From: Leptolyngbyaceae cyanobacterium
GTDB lineage: Bacteria > Cyanobacteriota > Cyanobacteriia > Phormidesmidales > Phormidesmidaceae
Assembly: GCA_965263355.1 (NCBI GenBank)
Contig: CBDHHL010000032.1
Location: forward strand, 1,600,001-1,664,000
Direction: 5' to 3'
DNA: 64,000 bases
Within the stretch, counting starts at the first letter, position 1; every line of letters begins with the position of its first letter. Both the position numbers and the translations under genes were made by a program. This document shows positions 10,600 through 18,876 of this stretch, piece by piece. The notes under the pieces were generated by a model. That model ran no database searches. It was not told the origin of the DNA and saw only the letters and a list, made by a program, of their open reading frames with translations.

Positions 10600-11892
10600 A
10601 TGGTTTCATCAATGTCTGATAACGCTGGCGGCGTTCGGAGCATTAACTGGCGGTGGTTATTGTTGCTGCTGTTGCTAGCAGTCCCCGCTTTTTGGATATG
10701 GCGGCTTCGATTTCATTCAGCAGAAGTTGAGGATGTGATAGAGCCATTGCCCGTCCAAACCCAGGTGTTAAAGCAGGTGAGTGACTATCAAGTAACGCGT
10801 ACCTTCACCGGGGAAATTGTTGCTCGTCGCAGCAGCGACCTGGGCTTTGAGCAAGCGGGTACCCTGATAGATGTGCTTGTAAACGAAGGGGATCGGGTGG
10901 TTGCAGGCACCCCCCTGGCTCGACTAGATACTCGCAGTCTGGAGGCCCAGCGACAGCAGCTTGAAGCCCAACAGCGTCAGGCCCAGGCGGTTTTTCAGGA
11001 ATTACAGCGGGGACCGCGCCAAGAAGATATTGCCGCTGCCGCTGCCGCCGTTCAAGACTTGCAAGCTCAGCTAGCCCTGGCTCGCCTACAGCAGGAACGG
11101 CGTGAAAATCTCTACACCCAAGGTGCTATTTCCTTGGAAGAGCGAGATTCAGCGGTGTTTGGGGCCGATGCCCTGGAGGCGCGTTTGAATCAGACTCAAA
11201 GTCAGTTAAACGAACTGATGGCCGGTACCCGTATAGAACAAGTGAGTGCCCAGGATGCTCAGATTGATCAAATCGATGCCAACCTGAAAAATCTGGATGT
11301 ATCGATTGCTAAAAGCGTGATTTACGCGCCTTTTGATGGGCGAGTCTCGTTACGTTTGGTTGATGAAGGAGTGGTCGTCAGCCCAGGGCAATCCATCCTG
11401 CGCCTAGTGGAAGGAAATGCCCTGGAGGCGCGTATTGGGGTACCCAATCCCATGGCTAGTCGGATTCCCCTAGGTAGTACCCAGGCACTTGAGGTGAATG
11501 GGCAATCGTTTCGGGGAGAAGTGACGGCCCTGTTGCCAGAACTGGATGATGACAGTCAAACGGTTACCGTGGTGATGACATTACCTGGGGCAGCACAGCC
11601 TACCATTGGAGCAACGGCACGGCTGACGTTACAGGACCAACAAGAAGATGTCGGTTACTGGCTACCGACCAGTGCCCTCGTTGCTGGGGAACGAGGGTTA
11701 TGGTCAGCTTATGTTCTGAAAAAGCCAGAGGATGACACCGATGAGACTCTCTATCAGGTCTCTCGTCGAGAGGTGGAAGTGCTTTACACGGAAAGCGAGC
11801 GGGCCTTTGTGCGGGGGCTGTTACAGCCTGGAGAAGAAATTATCACCAGTGGGACCCATCGTTTGACGCCAGGACAGTTGGTTAAAAACTAA
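10600..11892 (+). CDS. RND efflux periplasmic adaptor (membrane fusion protein)
   Basis: N-terminal transmembrane helix, lipoyl motifs VNEGDRVVAG and IYAPFDG, and a coiled-coil hairpin. Confidence 0.93.
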   Translation: MVSSMSDNAGGVRSINWRWLLLLLLLAVPAFWIWRLRFHSAEVEDVIEPLPVQTQVLKQVSDYQVTRTFTGEIVARRSSDLGFEQAGTLIDVLVNEGDRVVAGTPLARLDTRSLEAQRQQLEAQQRQAQAVFQELQRGPRQEDIAAAAAAVQDLQAQLALARLQQERRENLYTQGAISLEERDSAVFGADALEARLNQTQSQLNELMAGTRIEQVSAQDAQIDQIDANLKNLDVSIAKSVIYAPFDGRVSLRLVDEGVVVSPGQSILRLVEGNALEARIGVPNPMASRIPLGSTQALEVNGQSFRGEVTALLPELDDDSQTVTVVMTLPGAAQPTIGATARLTLQDQQEDVGYWLPTSALVAGERGLWSAYVLKKPEDDTDETLYQVSRREVEVLYTESERAFVRGLLQPGEEIITSGTHRLTPGQLVKN

Positions 11893-11962
11893 ACCGTTTC
11901 CATGTCCAGCCCTGTCGCTCTGCCGTAGATAAACCTATAGGTTTCAACTTGGGCTTGGTTTA
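11890..11962. mobile_element. MITE/REP-like element, TA-flanked, overlapping a stop codon
   Basis: TAAACC...GGTTTA ends and an internal AAACCTATAGGTTT palindrome; aligns with 26416-26487. Confidence 0.6.
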
Positions 11963-12030
11963 GGTGATTTTTATGATGGCTAGTCGGAATCGACGTAAAC
12001 AGTATCCGGTGAGGACAATCTGGACCTATT

Positions 12031-15000
12031 ATGTTTAACCTCTTTTTTCGGAATCGGCAGCTTTTATTTTTGACCCTGACGCTGGTTGTTGTCTGGGGAG
12101 TCTCTTCATTTTTTACATTACCTCGGCTAGAGGACCCTGAGATTGCACAACGCTTCTCGACCATCACCACGATTTTTCCAGGGGCCAGTGCTGAACGGGT
12201 GGAATCTTTAGTTACTGACAGGCTGGAGGAGGAGCTGTCCACTATTGAGGAGGTTGAGGAGATTACCTCGTTGTCCAGTCCGGGGGTGTCATCTGTTACG
12301 GTAGAAATCAAGGAAACTGTTGCCAATATTGACCCTGTGTGGGCACGGGTCCGTAGCCAGATTGATGATGTAATTCCGGCACTGCCAGCTGGGGCTAGCC
12401 GCCCAGAATATGAAGATATCAAAGTCAAGGCCAGTGCCATGATTGTGGGACTGACTTGGGAGCTGGATGAACCAGTTAACTATACAATTTTGCGGCGGGT
12501 GATAGAAGGCCTGGAAATAGAGCTGCGGAACTTACCTGGAACGGACAGGGTGGAGCTATTTGGGGAACCGGACGAAGAGATTCAGGTGGAAATTAGTCAA
12601 GCGGATTTGCTGAGGTTAGGGATTAGCGCTCAACAGCTGTCGCAACAGATTGCCGCCAGTGATGCAAAAATTCCGGCAGGCGAGTTGCGCAGTCGTTCTA
12701 CTGAATTTTTATTGGAAATAGACAGTGCTCTGAATTCACTAGAGCGAATTAGGGGGATTCCTGTTCGCGTGGGGGCCGATGGACAGATTGCGCAGCTGGG
12801 AGATATTGCTCAGGTGAGCAAAGGGGTACGCACACCGGTGTCTGACTTAGCCCTAATAGGTGGGAAACCAGCGGTGGTGGTGGCCGCAACGGTGGAGTCT
12901 GACTACCGGGTGGACCAATGGGCACAGCAGGCAAGAACGGTGATTAAGGACTTTGAAGCTAATCTGTCAGATGGCTTGGGCATTAGCGTAGTACTCGATC
13001 AAAGTCAGTATGTGCAGCAGCGTCTGAATGGGGTGATTGGTAACCTGTTACTCAGCTCTGTTTTAGTCATCGGTATCTCGTTGGTGGTGTTGGGATGGCG
13101 GTCGGCCTTGATTGTTGGCATGGCGTTGCCGCTCTCCACACTGATGGTCTTTGGCAGCATGAAGGCATTAGGCATTCCCTTACACCAAATGTCAGTAACG
13201 GGACTGATTATTGCCTTAGGCTTGTTAATTGACAATGCCATCGTCGTCGTCGATGAAGTACGGGTGCATTTGCGACAGGGCAGTCATCCAGCTGATGCTG
13301 TGAGTAATACGGTAAAACATCTGGCAGTCCCCCTGCTGGCCTCCACCCTGACCACAGTATTGGCGTTTGTGCCAATTGCCACATCGCCGGGGGGAACCGG
13401 AGAGTTTATTGGCACCATTGGTAGTACGGTGATTTTGGCCCTAGTGAGTTCTCTCACGCTATCGCTGACCCTCATTGCAGCCTTAGCGGGTCTGATGTAT
13501 CGTTGGCGGCCATTGCGGTCTCAATCACAACACTGGTGGGTGGGCGGCTGGTCCCATGAGGAGCTCTCTCGTCTCTACGAAAACAGTCTTACGACCGTTT
13601 TTCGGCGACCCATGCTGGGGGTATTCATTGCCATGGTGTTACCAGTCGTGGGGTTTATCCAGTTTGCTAGTCTGCCACAACAATTTTTTCCACCGACCAA
13701 TCGTGACCAGTTTCAAATTGAGTTGCAGCGACCGGCTTCTAGCTCAATTGCAGCCACTCGCGCCCAAACGTTAGCGATACGCGAGCGGATTCAACAACAT
13801 CCAGCGGTCAAGGATATTCACTGGTTTTTAGGTGAAAACGCGCCGTCATTTTTCTACAATGTGGTGGGTAGTTTGCGCAATGCCTCTGAGTATGCCCAGG
13901 GCATTGTCCAGCTAGCGTCGACGGAGGATTTGCTAGGCACTATCCGAACGCTGCAAACAGAGCTGGATGGGGCCTTTCCTGATGCTCAGATCTTGGTGAG
14001 ACAATTGGAGCAGGGTCCCCCAGTTGATGCACCGATTGAGGTCAGTCTCTACGGTCCCAATCTAGAAGAGCTAAGGGCATTAGGTAATCAGCTGCAGCTG
14101 CTCTTATCTCAGTTAGATGAGGTTACCCATACGCGCTCTACGTTGACGGAATTATCTCCAAAACTTGCGTTAGCGGTGGATGAGGCGGTCGCACAGCGGG
14201 TGGGGTTGAGTAATAGTGAGATTGCATCCCAGCTCAGCATCCTGCTAGATGGTCAGGTAGGGGGCTCACTTCTAGAAGACACGGAAGATATTCCGGTACG
14301 AGTACAGCTACCGGAATATGAGCGAGGCGATCTGGCCAGTATTACGTCTATCGATTTGCTCAGCGCAGATGGCACAACGGTTCCCTTTTCGGCGGTGACG
14401 TCGGTTAACGTTCGCCCAGAGCAGAGTACCATTGCTCGACAAGATGGACAGCGGGTGAATACAGTGCAGGCATTTATTACGGCGGGGGCGTTGCCCAGTA
14501 TCGTCTTAGCTGAGTTTAAACAGGCCCTCGACGATCAAGGATTTGAGCTACCGACGGGGTATCGCCTTAGCTATGGTGGGGAGGCCGATGCTCGAGGGTC
14601 TGCGGTGGGCAACTTGTTATCGACCGTCGGCATTTTAGTGGTACTGATGACTGCCACCCTGGTGTTATCGTTTAACTCGTTTGCCTTAGCTGGATTACTG
14701 GCGGTGGTTGCATTGGCTGCGGTCGGATTGGCAGCAATGGCTTTGTGGGCGTTTAACTCGTTGTTTGGATTTACGGCTATTCTAGGCACCTTGGGATTGA
14801 TTGGCTTAGCCATTAACGATTCCATTGTTGTCTTAGCCGCTTTGCGAGAGCATCCCTTAGCCCGACAGGGAGATGCGGCTGCCATCCAACAGGTCGTGGT
14901 TAAGTCCACACGTCATGTAGTGGCGACGACGGTTACGACAATTATTGGGTTTACACCTCTATTATTGGATAATACCGGGTTTTGGCCACCGTTGGCGATT

Positions 15001-16146
15001 TCAATCGCTGGGGGGCTGGGGGGCGCAACGCTGTTGGCGTTATATTTTATCCCCTCTGCTTATTTGTTAATTTATCGCTCCAAGGTGGCAGCTGTAACCC
15101 CTGCAAACAGGGATTCAGAACCGTCTGTAAAACAGCCTTTGGAAAAACCTGTAGAGCCTGTGGAACAGCCACAACAGCCACAGCCACAGCAACGACAGCT
15201 AGCCCATAAAACAGCTCAACCGCTGTGGGCAAAGGCTCCAAGAAACTACCCTGGCATTGGAAAACCCCCGATAAACTTGCCTACGTCAACGGTGGTATCA
15301 ACATCACAGTGGGGACATGCCCAATTTAACCGTGAGCGATGGTTGATTGAGCAACTGCTGGAACAGGGGCACTGTCAACTGGCCTATGAAAAGGCACAGC
15401 GGCTGTTAGAGAATACTAAGGCAGTAGGAGCAGGGGCCTATCGCGAGGTGGACTATGATCTGGCCATGGCCTATAGCTTGATGGGACAGGTGCTAAAAGC
15501 TTATGAGCAGGCGGCCCTGGCCCTTGAATTTCTAGCAAAAGCGCAGCGATTGTTTGAGGCATTGGGAAGTCGGAGAGGGGGCATGGCTCCTGTCGCCATG
15601 TCTGTAGTACTGCATGAACAAGCAAACTGTTTTCAGGTGTTGGGTCAGTTGGAGCAGGCGGCTCAAAAATGTGCAGAGTACATAACCTGGAGTGAAAAAC
15701 TCAACAATGTACGAGGCGTGGCAGTTGGTAAAGCGAACCTGGCCGCGTTAAGAATTTCTCAACAACGATATGGGGATGCGATCGCACTCTATCAAGATGC
15801 CCGCTCCCTGTTTGAACAGCAGGATTCTCCCCTATTGGTAGCCGGTATCTGGTACCAAATTGGCGAGGTGCAAAAAAATGCCGGGGATTATGACAAAGCA
15901 GAAGTAGCCTATCTTCACTCCTTGAATATCGCTGTCGAGACCAACAATCTGGCCGGTCAGGCCAAGAACTTAAATCGGTTGGGCAATCTTTACAATGATG
16001 ACCTGAATCAACCGGAAGAGGCCGTGAACTTCTACCGACAGGCCGCTGATATTTATGGTGCGTTAGGGGATGTATCGTCTGAAACGGTAGTACGTAGGAA
16101 TATTACTAGCATATTGCAAAAGATTCAACATTATAATGAGACATGA
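12031..16146 (+). CDS. RND efflux permease (AcrB family) with a fused C-terminal TPR block
   Basis: About 1020 aa of RND sequence (LPRLEDP, GLLIDNAIVV, INDSIVV, GFWPPLA), then a Gln/Pro linker and about 270 aa of TPR-like repeats in one frame. Confidence 0.9.
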   Translation: MFNLFFRNRQLLFLTLTLVVVWGVSSFFTLPRLEDPEIAQRFSTITTIFPGASAERVESLVTDRLEEELSTIEEVEEITSLSSPGVSSVTVEIKETVANIDPVWARVRSQIDDVIPALPAGASRPEYEDIKVKASAMIVGLTWELDEPVNYTILRRVIEGLEIELRNLPGTDRVELFGEPDEEIQVEISQADLLRLGISAQQLSQQIAASDAKIPAGELRSRSTEFLLEIDSALNSLERIRGIPVRVGADGQIAQLGDIAQVSKGVRTPVSDLALIGGKPAVVVAATVESDYRVDQWAQQARTVIKDFEANLSDGLGISVVLDQSQYVQQRLNGVIGNLLLSSVLVIGISLVVLGWRSALIVGMALPLSTLMVFGSMKALGIPLHQMSVTGLIIALGLLIDNAIVVVDEVRVHLRQGSHPADAVSNTVKHLAVPLLASTLTTVLAFVPIATSPGGTGEFIGTIGSTVILALVSSLTLSLTLIAALAGLMYRWRPLRSQSQHWWVGGWSHEELSRLYENSLTTVFRRPMLGVFIAMVLPVVGFIQFASLPQQFFPPTNRDQFQIELQRPASSSIAATRAQTLAIRERIQQHPAVKDIHWFLGENAPSFFYNVVGSLRNASEYAQGIVQLASTEDLLGTIRTLQTELDGAFPDAQILVRQLEQGPPVDAPIEVSLYGPNLEELRALGNQLQLLLSQLDEVTHTRSTLTELSPKLALAVDEAVAQRVGLSNSEIASQLSILLDGQVGGSLLEDTEDIPVRVQLPEYERGDLASITSIDLLSADGTTVPFSAVTSVNVRPEQSTIARQDGQRVNTVQAFITAGALPSIVLAEFKQALDDQGFELPTGYRLSYGGEADARGSAVGNLLSTVGILVVLMTATLVLSFNSFALAGLLAVVALAAVGLAAMALWAFNSLFGFTAILGTLGLIGLAINDSIVVLAALREHPLARQGDAAAIQQVVVKSTRHVVATTVTTIIGFTPLLLDNTGFWPPLAISIAGGLGGATLLALYFIPSAYLLIYRSKVAAVTPANRDSEPSVKQPLEKPVEPVEQPQQPQPQQRQLAHKTAQPLWAKAPRNYPGIGKPPINLPTSTVVSTSQWGHAQFNRERWLIEQLLEQGHCQLAYEKAQRLLENTKAVGAGAYREVDYDLAMAYSLMGQVLKAYEQAALALEFLAKAQRLFEALGSRRGGMAPVAMSVVLHEQANCFQVLGQLEQAAQKCAEYITWSEKLNNVRGVAVGKANLAALRISQQRYGDAIALYQDARSLFEQQDSPLLVAGIWYQIGEVQKNAGDYDKAEVAYLHSLNIAVETNNLAGQAKNLNRLGNLYNDDLNQPEEAVNFYRQAADIYGALGDVSSETVVRRNITSILQKIQHYNET

Positions 16147-16170
16147 TCTGAAATTTTGTTATACCTGACC

Positions 16171-17439
16171 ATGGGATCGGTTTATCGTCGAGGAAGTAAA
16201 CTTTTATGGGCTGCTTGCCTTTGTCTGCAGCTAGCAGCTTGTGGGGCGATGGCTGAGACCAGCAATCTCATATCCCAGCAAGAATTAGTCGCCCAAATTG
16301 AATCTGGTACTGCACCGCTAATTTTGGACGTGCGTACAGTTGAGGAATATGAGGCTGGCCATATTCCAGGAGCTACCAATATTCATTTCCGGGAAATTGG
16401 CAAGCGCATTGATGAGATTGATCAGAATGTTTCCATTGTGGTGTACTGCGAACGAGGAATACGTGCCAATGTTGCAGAAAGAACCCTACGGGAAGCGGGT
16501 GTCGATTCGATATTTCATCTAGAGGGAGATATTTCTCTATGGCGTGAGAATGATTTGCCCCTTGAGCGTGATAGTTCCTCTTCAAATTCAGCATTAATTT
16601 CAAACGTCTCTGAGTTAGAAGAATCTTTCGCAAACCGATGGATTGTCAGTGCATCGGAGGCAAAGCAACTTATTGAGCAAGGAGCAACGCTTTTAGATAC
16701 GCGAAAACTTGCTTTGACACGATTACAAACGTCCCTCTATGTAGACTGGCGACAATTTTCTCACCAGAACGCGGTTACTCGTGGCAGGCTACTAGATCAA
16801 GAAGCGTTGCTGACTCAGAGACTACAGGCCATAGGAATTTCGCAAGATAAACCTGTAGTAGTTTTTGCTAATCCACCCAGTGGCTGGGGTGAGGATGGTC
16901 GTATTGTTTGGATGCTGCGTACGCTGGGCCATTCCCATGTGGTGATGGTGGATGGTGGATTTAATGCGCTGCTGGATGCGGGGGTACCTGTGCAACAGGG
17001 TAGGAATAATGCACTGGATCCTGGAGATTTTGTGATTAAACGAAATCCTACTTGGGAGATCTATCGTGATCAACTAAAAGCTCAGCTGGGAAAGGAAGAT
17101 GTGGTGATTATTGACACCCGTGAAGCGAGGGAATTTGCTGGCAAGACTCCCTATGGAGAACAGCGGGGTGGCCATGTTCCTGGAGCCATTAATCTTTATT
17201 TTAAGGAGTTTTTAGGCCAAGATGGCAAGCTGCTGCCAGTGGATACTATTCGAGAAAAGCTTGAGAATGCAGGCATTACGCCCAACACTAAGGTTATTGT
17301 ATATTGTACAGGCGGTATTCGGTCAGGTTGGCTAACCGCCGTGTTAGCTACGCTAGGATATGACGTTAAGAACTATGCAGGTTCAATGTGGGAATGGTCA
17401 GCTGGGCCTGCGGATAGCTATCCGTTGGAAACATTTTAG
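16171..17439 (+). CDS. Rhodanese/sulfurtransferase lipoprotein with three rhodanese domains
   Basis: Lipobox LAAC, motifs DVRTVEEYEAGHIPGA and GGHVPGA, active-site loops YCERGIRA and YCTGGIRS, and NYAGSMWEW. Confidence 0.88.
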   Translation: MGSVYRRGSKLLWAACLCLQLAACGAMAETSNLISQQELVAQIESGTAPLILDVRTVEEYEAGHIPGATNIHFREIGKRIDEIDQNVSIVVYCERGIRANVAERTLREAGVDSIFHLEGDISLWRENDLPLERDSSSSNSALISNVSELEESFANRWIVSASEAKQLIEQGATLLDTRKLALTRLQTSLYVDWRQFSHQNAVTRGRLLDQEALLTQRLQAIGISQDKPVVVFANPPSGWGEDGRIVWMLRTLGHSHVVMVDGGFNALLDAGVPVQQGRNNALDPGDFVIKRNPTWEIYRDQLKAQLGKEDVVIIDTREAREFAGKTPYGEQRGGHVPGAINLYFKEFLGQDGKLLPVDTIREKLENAGITPNTKVIVYCTGGIRSGWLTAVLATLGYDVKNYAGSMWEWSAGPADSYPLETF

Positions 17440-17508
17440 GACTGTCCATCTCGAAGAGCCACATCTCCTACTGCTGGGCTTAATAGATAGTCAATAGATG
17501 ATTAGTCT

Positions 17509-17832
17509 TTAACCCTCATCATTATCATTAATGCTTTCTGCCCCAAGTTCTGTGTTGAGAGACTGAATCTGTTGGATAACTTCAATCAGCTTTTGGCCAA
17601 ATGGAGTTATGGAATATTCCGTACGGGGTGGCACCTCAGGAAACGTGTGTTTTTCCAAAAGGTCATATGCCATTAGCTTTCGCAGTCGTTCTGATAGTAC
17701 CTTTTTTGAAATACCGTTGATATGTCTTTCCAGAGCACCTGGCCGAGTAACACCATCGCTAACAGCGAGCAGGACAGATACTGACCATTTGCAGCCAAGA
17801 ACATTTTCAAGTTTTCGAGAGCCACTGTGCAT
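17509..17832 (-). CDS. HxlR-family winged-helix regulator
   Basis: Motifs GCKWSVSVL, GISKKVLSERL and VPPRTEYSIT. Confidence 0.9.
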   Translation of the reverse strand: MHSGSRKLENVLGCKWSVSVLLAVSDGVTRPGALERHINGISKKVLSERLRKLMAYDLLEKHTFPEVPPRTEYSITPFGQKLIEVIQQIQSLNTELGAESINDNDEG

Positions 17833-17872
17833 TTGTTAACTAATTTTTTCTCTAAATAGTTCGCTAAATTAA

Positions 17873-17904
17873 ACCAAAAGGTGCCTACCCCACCAAAAAG
17901 TGCC
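17873..17904. promoter_or_regulatory. Direct repeat, likely operator of the HxlR-family regulator
   Basis: ACCAAAAGGTGCC (17873-17885) and ACCAAAAAGTGCC (17892-17904) in the divergent intergenic region. Confidence 0.5.
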
Positions 17905-17999
17905 CTCTTTCTTAGATAGTTTACCTGCGTTTAATTTAAGCATAGGCGGGCATCGCCCGTAGGTGTACATCACCCAACATCTTAATCTAGGAAAGAATC

Positions 18000-18235
18000 A
18001 TGACTAAGACAGCTACTTTTTACCACGCCGGTTGTTCAGTTTGTGTTGCTGCTGAAAATAATCTGGCAACAGCAATAGATACGTCTCGCTACAATGTGGA
18101 GAGCGTGCATCTCGGCAATCATCAATCCCGTATTGCTGAAGCTGAATCAGCGGGCGTTAATCTGTACCAGCATTGGTTATAGACGGTGAACCCTTCCATA
18201 TCAATTTCGGAGCTACTTTGTCTGATTTGAAATAA
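18000..18235 (+). pseudogene. Small thioredoxin/glutaredoxin-fold protein with a 1-nt frameshift
   Basis: The ORF has a CSVC motif. Adding one A at GTTAA (about 18160) gives AGVKSVPALVIDGEPFHINFGATLSDLK*, which restores the cis-Pro SVP motif. Confidence 0.8.
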
Positions 18236-18245
18236 CTAAAACAAC

Positions 18246-18283
18246 TCTAGCAGCATTTTCCATACGCTGAAAATACTGCTAGA
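18246..18283 (+). terminator. Stem-loop after the small thioredoxin-fold gene
   Basis: TCTAGCAGCATTTTC / GAAAATACTGCTAGA inverted repeat. Confidence 0.55.
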
Positions 18284-18330
18284 AGTCTCTAATAGCCCCG
18301 TTCTATGGTTAAATCTTGAGGCTCTGCACC

Positions 18331-18864
18331 ATGACTAAATTTCATCTGAGCACCGAACAGATGCTTCAGGGCGATTTCACCATTCAGCCTATCAATCTTA
18401 TGCTGATCTTTCAGATAAACTGTCCTGGATGTTTTATCTACGCTTTGCCCTTAGCGGCAAAGTTACATGAACAGTATAAAGACCGTATCAATGTTCTGGG
18501 TCTCTCTACTGCTTTTGAAGATTTTGAACTCAATACAGCAGAAAATACTAAGAAGTTATTGCAATCTGGCGAGATGGTCGGAGTCACTCGACAATATTTT
18601 TTGCAAGAACAGATTGAACGATATCGGGTGCCTCTAGAGTTTGCGATCGCATTTGATGTTACAACCTTTCACATCAATTTTCTGCCAGGAACCCCTAGCT
18701 GGGTTGTTTTTGACCAAGACTATAATGTGTTGGCCAGTTGGTTTGGACATAAATCTGAAGAGGAGGTTAAAAGCATTCTCTGTAAGCATTTAGGGAGTGC
18801 TACCAATCATCAACCATTGAGCAGTATGCATCAGTGCCACACTAGTAGGGATAGCGCAGCATAG
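18331..18864 (+). CDS. TlpA/peroxiredoxin-like thioredoxin-fold protein
   Basis: Motifs FQINCPGC, GLSTAFEDF and PGTPSW. Confidence 0.75.
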   Translation: MTKFHLSTEQMLQGDFTIQPINLMLIFQINCPGCFIYALPLAAKLHEQYKDRINVLGLSTAFEDFELNTAENTKKLLQSGEMVGVTRQYFLQEQIERYRVPLEFAIAFDVTTFHINFLPGTPSWVVFDQDYNVLASWFGHKSEEEVKSILCKHLGSATNHQPLSSMHQCHTSRDSAA

Positions 18865-18876
18865 TTTTAATACTTA

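Noticed and set aside
11889..12440. 183-aa antisense ORF and the other shadow ORFs overlapping long genes
   Set aside because: Antisense or alternate-frame to well-supported CDSs, with no recognisable motifs.
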